This document shows positions 59,718-64,000 of a DNA stretch of 64,000 bases, piece after piece. The notes beneath the pieces were generated by a model. That model was not told the DNA's origin, searched no databases, and saw nothing but the letters and a program-made list of their open reading frames with translations. This DNA comes from an uncultured bacterium. GTDB taxonomy: Bacteria > Sysuimicrobiota > Sysuimicrobiia > Sysuimicrobiales > Sysuimicrobiaceae. The stretch lies in the NCBI GenBank assembly GCA_938028835.1, contig CALIMJ010000013.1, positions 128,320 through 192,319 on the forward strand, in the 5' to 3' direction. The translations under genes were made by a program, and so were the position numbers. Position 1 is the first letter of the stretch. The number at the start of each line of letters is the position of its first letter.

Positions 59718-62700
59718 GTGATGCCGCGGCTGTGGGGGGGGCTTGCGGCGTTCCTGGTGGCGCTTTTGGCCCTGGGGGTGGGGGGCCTAGCCGGGGTGCG
59801 GTCGCCGGCGTTCGAGCGCCACGCCGCGGGGATATTTTCCCGGTGGCTCGCGGAACAACTCGGACGGCCGGTTTCGCTGGAGCGGGTGCAGGTGGGTGCC
59901 AGCCGGATCACCTTCTACCAGGTAAGGGTGCCGGGCCTCCTGCGGGTGGACGAGGTGGAGCTGGACTGGGACCCGATCCTGTTGGTGCGGGAACGGCTGG
60001 CGGGTCGCAGCGGGGCCCAGGCGCTCCGGCGCGTCGGGCTGGTGAAGCCGGTCCTGGTGGTGGCGCGGGGTCCACAGGGCCGGTGGAACATCGAGCAGCT
60101 CGTCCGCGCCCCCGCGCCCGAAGCGGCCCCGGCGGAGCGGCCACGCGCGGAGGTGCACATCGCCGGGGGATCCGTGCAGCTGCTGGACCTCGCCGCAGGA
60201 GGTTTCCGCGGAACCCTGACCGGGATGGAGGGGAGCGTGCGCCTGAGCGACCTGCCTCTGGTGCGGGTCCGGCTCGCCGCGGGAGTCCCCCCGGGGGTGC
60301 CGGGCCAGGTGGAGGTCTCGGGGTGGGTGGACGGGCAGCAGGGGATGCTGGACCTGGCGCTCCGCTTCCAAGGACTTTCCGCTAGGGCGTGGGCCAACTA
60401 CCTCGCATCCGACCCGCGGTGGCGGTGGGAGGCGGGGGTGCTAGGCGGACACGCGCGGATCTACGGGGGTACCCGCAGCCCGCAGGTGGTGGGCGACGTT
60501 CGGGTGGAGCGGGCCGCGGTATCCCTGCCCCAGCAGGGGCTGAAGGTCCAGGACGTCGCGGGAGAGGTGCGCGTGGCGGGCTCGTGGGTCACCCTTCGCT
60601 CCGTTCGGCTGCGTCTGGGCTCCGCCACGGTGCAGGTGTCCGGTGAGCTCCGGATGGCCGGCGGCGGTGCGGTGGACCTGGACCTGCGTTTCCGGGGTGC
60701 GGACCCCTTCCGGTTGCGTCGGCTCGTGGGCTCCACCTTTCCCGTCCGGGGACAGGTGGCAGGACGCGCGCGGGTGGAGGGCCCGCTGGCGGCGGTGCGG
60801 GTCCGGGCCCAGCTCGCGGCGCCGCGCGTCCTGGTGGGACAGGAGCCCCTCCAGGACGTGGCCGCGGAGGTGGACTACCGGCCCGGGACGCTGACCGTGG
60901 CGTCTGCCACCGGCCGTGTGCGCGGGGGCAGGGTGCGTGCGGACGCGGTGGTGGCGCTGAACGAACCGTACCGGTTGATGGCCTCGGCCCGGCTGGACAA
61001 CGTGGACGGGTCCGCGGCCGGGCTCCTGGGGGCCGCGCTGCCGGTCCGGGGGCCGTTCACAGGGGCGGTGGTGGTGGCCGGACCGGTGCGCGATCCTGTG
61101 GTGGCCGGGCTGTTGCGGGGCGGGCCCGGCCAGCTCTTCGGGCAGGGGGTGGACAGCTGGAGTTCCGCTTTCGAGTACGGGGACGGCCGGCTCACCCTGC
61201 ACGCGGCCCGCGCCCGACGGGCCGGGGCGGAGGTGTCCGCGTGGGGCCGCGTGACGGAAGACGCCCTGGACGTACAGGTTGCCACGGCAGGCCTTCGCCT
61301 GGAAGACCTGGGCCGTGCGGTGGGCGTCGCGGTGCCCACCTCCGGTACGGTGTACGCCGCAGGCCGCCTCACCGGCTCCCCGCGCGCGCCCCGTCTTTCC
61401 GCCACCGCGCGGCTGGGGCGGGGTTCGGTGGGGCCGCTGCGGTGGGACGAGGCGGTCCTGCAGGTGGACGCGTCGCGGGACGTCGTGTGGGTGAGGGCCC
61501 TGCACTGGCGGGATGGCGAAGACACCTACCGCGCCTGGGGCCGCGTGGGCCTGCAAGACACGAGCCTGAGTTTTCAGCTGCGCACCCCCGGGGCCCGCGT
61601 GGAGCGGCTGCTGCAGCTGGCGGAGGTCTCGCTGCCCCTGAGCGGGGAGCTGCGTGGGTGGGTGGAGGGGGCGGGCACGGTGCGGGAGCCCGTGCTTCAA
61701 GGGGCGCTACAGCTGTGGGACCTGCGCACGCCGGAGGCGGTCTTCCAGCGGGCGGGCGGCCGTTTCCGGTGGCAGGCCGGTGTGCTGTCCGTCCAGGAGG
61801 CCGAGCTGCACTCCGCGGCCTTCGACGCCCAGCTGCAGGGAGCGGTGAGCACTTCCGGCGACCTGCAGCTGAGCTTTGTTGCGGACCCGGTCCGGCTGGA
61901 AGCCCTCCCGCAGCTGCGGAACCCGTTCCTGCACCTCCAGGGTGCGGTGCGCGTACGGGGCGAGGTGACGGGGAAGTCCCGCGAGCCGGTGGTGCGCGCC
62001 GAGGTAACCGGCACCCGGCTGAGGGTGAACGGGGAGGTCTTCGACGGCGTGGAGGGAGCGGTGCGGTGGGCCGGCGGGACGCTGGAGGCAGCGCCGCTGC
62101 GCCTGCGCCGCCGTCAGGCCACCTACGTCCTGGAAGGCCGGCTGCAGCTCGTGGAGGATCCTGTGGCGGACCTGGCCCTGGATGTCCGGGACGCAGACCT
62201 CCCCACCCTGTTGGGAGTGGCGGGGGTGTCGGTGGACGCGGACGGCAGGCTGTCGGGCCGTCTGGTCCTATCGGGTCCGCTGTCGCGTCCGAGGGCCCAG
62301 CTGGACGTGCAGCTGGCAGACGGGGCTTTCCGGGGTTACCGGTTTTCCGCGGGCACCGGGAGGGTGGTGCTGGAGGACGGGCGGGTGTCGCTGCAGGAGG
62401 TGGAGCTGGTGGCGGGCCGTGGCCGGTTGCGGGCGGAGGGTTACGTCAGCCTGCGCGGGCCGAGTGAGGTGGAGGTGGCCGGCCTGGGTCTGGAAGCGGC
62501 CGCGGTGTCCACCCTGGCGCGCCTGCGCACGCCCTTGGTGGGCACCCTGGACTTTACCCTGCAGCTTTCGGGGACCCTGGACAATCCCACCGCGGGTCTG
62601 GCCCTGGAGGTGCGGGATGTGGGTGCTGCAGGCGCGCAGGCGGACCGGCTCACGGCCCAAGCCATCTACCGGGATGGATTCCTCGAGCTGGAGCAGCTGC

Positions 62701-63992
62701 TGCTGGAAGAGGACGGGCAACGGGTCCGCGCCCGCGGCCGGTTGCCGCTCCGGCTGCGGGAGCTGGCAGCAGACCCCCGAGGACCCGTGGACTTCGTAGC
62801 CAGCACGGACCGCGCGGACCTGGGGATCCTGCGCCTGTTGCCGTTCGTGGAGTCCGCGGATGGCCCCCTGGAGGCCAGCCTGAGGATTGGCGGCACGGTA
62901 ACTTCCCCCCAGCTGGAGGGTTTCGTCCGCACTCGGGGCGGGCGGGTGAAGCTGGCGGGCGTGAATCCCGCGTTGGAGGATCTGCAGGTGGAGGTAGGCT
63001 TCGACCACGCGGCCGCGACGCTGCGGCAGCTGCGGGCAGGCCTGGGAGGTGGGGTGGTGGAGGCGACCGGCGAGGCCAGCTTCGAGGCCCTGCGATTGCA
63101 GCGATACCGACTGGCGGCCTCCGCCCGGTCCGCCCGAGTGGAGATCCCGCCGTACTTCCGTGGGGTCGTGGACGGCACGGGGGAGGTCACGGGGACGCTA
63201 CAGCGGGCGCGGGTCAGCGGCCGCCTGACCCTGTCGGCAGGGGAGCTGGTGGTGGCGGCATCGACGGGGGCCGGGGGCGGCAATGCCTTTCCCGTGGACC
63301 TAGACCTGGAGCTGGTGGCGGGCCAGGGACTGTCCGTGGTGGCCGGGCCGGTGCGTCTGCAGGTGGGTGGCGGGCTTCGCGTAGGGGGGAGCCTGAGCAG
63401 CCCCGCGCTTTCGGGGACCGTCACGGGCCGTGGCGGCGAGTACCGGGCTTTCGGCACCACCTTCGTGGTGGAGGAGGGTGTGGCGGTCTTCCAGGAGTTC
63501 CGGGGCACGGAGCCGGTGCTGAGCGCGCGGGCCAGCACCCGCGTGGGCGACGTGACGGTGTTCGTGTACCTGTCCGGCACCCCCGGGCAGATGCAGATAC
63601 GGCTTGCGAGCAACCCGGAGCTGCCCCACGACCGGATCGTGCAGTTGCTGGCGGCGCAAGCGGGGATCGAGCGGGCGCTGGGCGGGGAGGTGGAGGCGGC
63701 GCTGCGACAGCAGCTGGCGCGGTTCCTGCTGGGCGAGTTCGAGCAACGCGTGCGTCAGCTGCTGGGGCTGGCGGAGCTGCGGATCGAGTACGACTTCGAA
63801 AGACCCCTGCGGCTTCGGCTCGGCCGGTTCCTGCTGCAGGACCTGTACCTGACCCTGACGACGGTGTTCGATACCGAGACCCGGTTCCTGTGGGCGCTGG
63901 AGTACCGGTTCGCCCGGCACTACGCGCTGGCGTTCAGCCACGACACCGCGGGGATCTGGATGATCCTGCTGCGGGCAAACTTCACGTGGTGA
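59718..63992 (+). CDS. tamB: TamB-like translocation and assembly module protein (AsmA-like, DUF490 C-terminus)
   Basis: 1424 aa; N-terminal TM anchor; long beta-rich repeats; the C-terminal DUF490 signature is RLGRFLLQDLYLTLTTVFDTETRFLWALEYRF. Confidence 0.8.
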   Translation: MMPRLWGGLAAFLVALLALGVGGLAGVRSPAFERHAAGIFSRWLAEQLGRPVSLERVQVGASRITFYQVRVPGLLRVDEVELDWDPILLVRERLAGRSGAQALRRVGLVKPVLVVARGPQGRWNIEQLVRAPAPEAAPAERPRAEVHIAGGSVQLLDLAAGGFRGTLTGMEGSVRLSDLPLVRVRLAAGVPPGVPGQVEVSGWVDGQQGMLDLALRFQGLSARAWANYLASDPRWRWEAGVLGGHARIYGGTRSPQVVGDVRVERAAVSLPQQGLKVQDVAGEVRVAGSWVTLRSVRLRLGSATVQVSGELRMAGGGAVDLDLRFRGADPFRLRRLVGSTFPVRGQVAGRARVEGPLAAVRVRAQLAAPRVLVGQEPLQDVAAEVDYRPGTLTVASATGRVRGGRVRADAVVALNEPYRLMASARLDNVDGSAAGLLGAALPVRGPFTGAVVVAGPVRDPVVAGLLRGGPGQLFGQGVDSWSSAFEYGDGRLTLHAARARRAGAEVSAWGRVTEDALDVQVATAGLRLEDLGRAVGVAVPTSGTVYAAGRLTGSPRAPRLSATARLGRGSVGPLRWDEAVLQVDASRDVVWVRALHWRDGEDTYRAWGRVGLQDTSLSFQLRTPGARVERLLQLAEVSLPLSGELRGWVEGAGTVREPVLQGALQLWDLRTPEAVFQRAGGRFRWQAGVLSVQEAELHSAAFDAQLQGAVSTSGDLQLSFVADPVRLEALPQLRNPFLHLQGAVRVRGEVTGKSREPVVRAEVTGTRLRVNGEVFDGVEGAVRWAGGTLEAAPLRLRRRQATYVLEGRLQLVEDPVADLALDVRDADLPTLLGVAGVSVDADGRLSGRLVLSGPLSRPRAQLDVQLADGAFRGYRFSAGTGRVVLEDGRVSLQEVELVAGRGRLRAEGYVSLRGPSEVEVAGLGLEAAAVSTLARLRTPLVGTLDFTLQLSGTLDNPTAGLALEVRDVGAAGAQADRLTAQAIYRDGFLELEQLLLEEDGQRVRARGRLPLRLRELAADPRGPVDFVASTDRADLGILRLLPFVESADGPLEASLRIGGTVTSPQLEGFVRTRGGRVKLAGVNPALEDLQVEVGFDHAAATLRQLRAGLGGGVVEATGEASFEALRLQRYRLAASARSARVEIPPYFRGVVDGTGEVTGTLQRARVSGRLTLSAGELVVAASTGAGGGNAFPVDLDLELVAGQGLSVVAGPVRLQVGGGLRVGGSLSSPALSGTVTGRGGEYRAFGTTFVVEEGVAVFQEFRGTEPVLSARASTRVGDVTVFVYLSGTPGQMQIRLASNPELPHDRIVQLLAAQAGIERALGGEVEAALRQQLARFLLGEFEQRVRQLLGLAELRIEYDFERPLRLRLGRFLLQDLYLTLTTVFDTETRFLWALEYRFARHYALAFSHDTAGIWMILLRANFTW

Positions 63993-64000
63993 GGAGGTTG

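Overview
This is a ~70% GC, densely coding bacterial chromosomal segment, mostly core metabolism and transport. From start to end it carries the tail of a histidine operon (hisA-hisF-hisIE), a metallophosphoesterase, a PduO-type corrinoid adenosyltransferase, a sugar-type ABC importer, a TCA-cycle supercluster (sdhCDAB on the minus strand, a divergent GntR/FadR regulator, icd, mdh, sucC, a decayed HIT-gene remnant, sucD), rapZ and a TM-extended yvcK, a DUF1445 hydro-lyase, two Liv-type (branched-chain/HAAT) ABC importers (one with a fused LivM-LivG polypeptide), an aldo/keto reductase, an atypical receiver-domain protein, hyi-garR, glnA, a CoxD(MoxR)/CoxE(VWA)/XdhC/MocA molybdo-enzyme maturation cluster with no structural molybdoenzyme in the window, gdhA, an acyl-CoA ligase, transketolase, a fused CtaA-CtaB haem A/O synthase, a TerC-family membrane protein preceded by a candidate yybP-ykoY (Mn2+) riboswitch with an intrinsic terminator, glmU-prs, wecA-wecB, a SpoIVB-like S55 peptidase and TamB. 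The most unusual locus is a minus-strand, translationally coupled operon encoding a ~950-aa TPR-CHAT caspase-like protease (split by an apparent +1 frameshift at a G5 homopolymer), a signal-less cytoplasmic S8 subtilase and a hot-dog thioesterase. This resembles the protease modules of bacterial programmed-cell-death and defence systems, but no recognisable effector such as a gasdermin is present. Gene-order signatures (glmU-prs, rapZ-yvcK, LDH-type Mdh, SpoIVB-like peptidase) together with TamB suggest a high-GC, possibly diderm, Firmicutes-like thermophile; this is inference only. No rRNA or CRISPR features were seen. tRNAs were not systematically scanned; none noticed.
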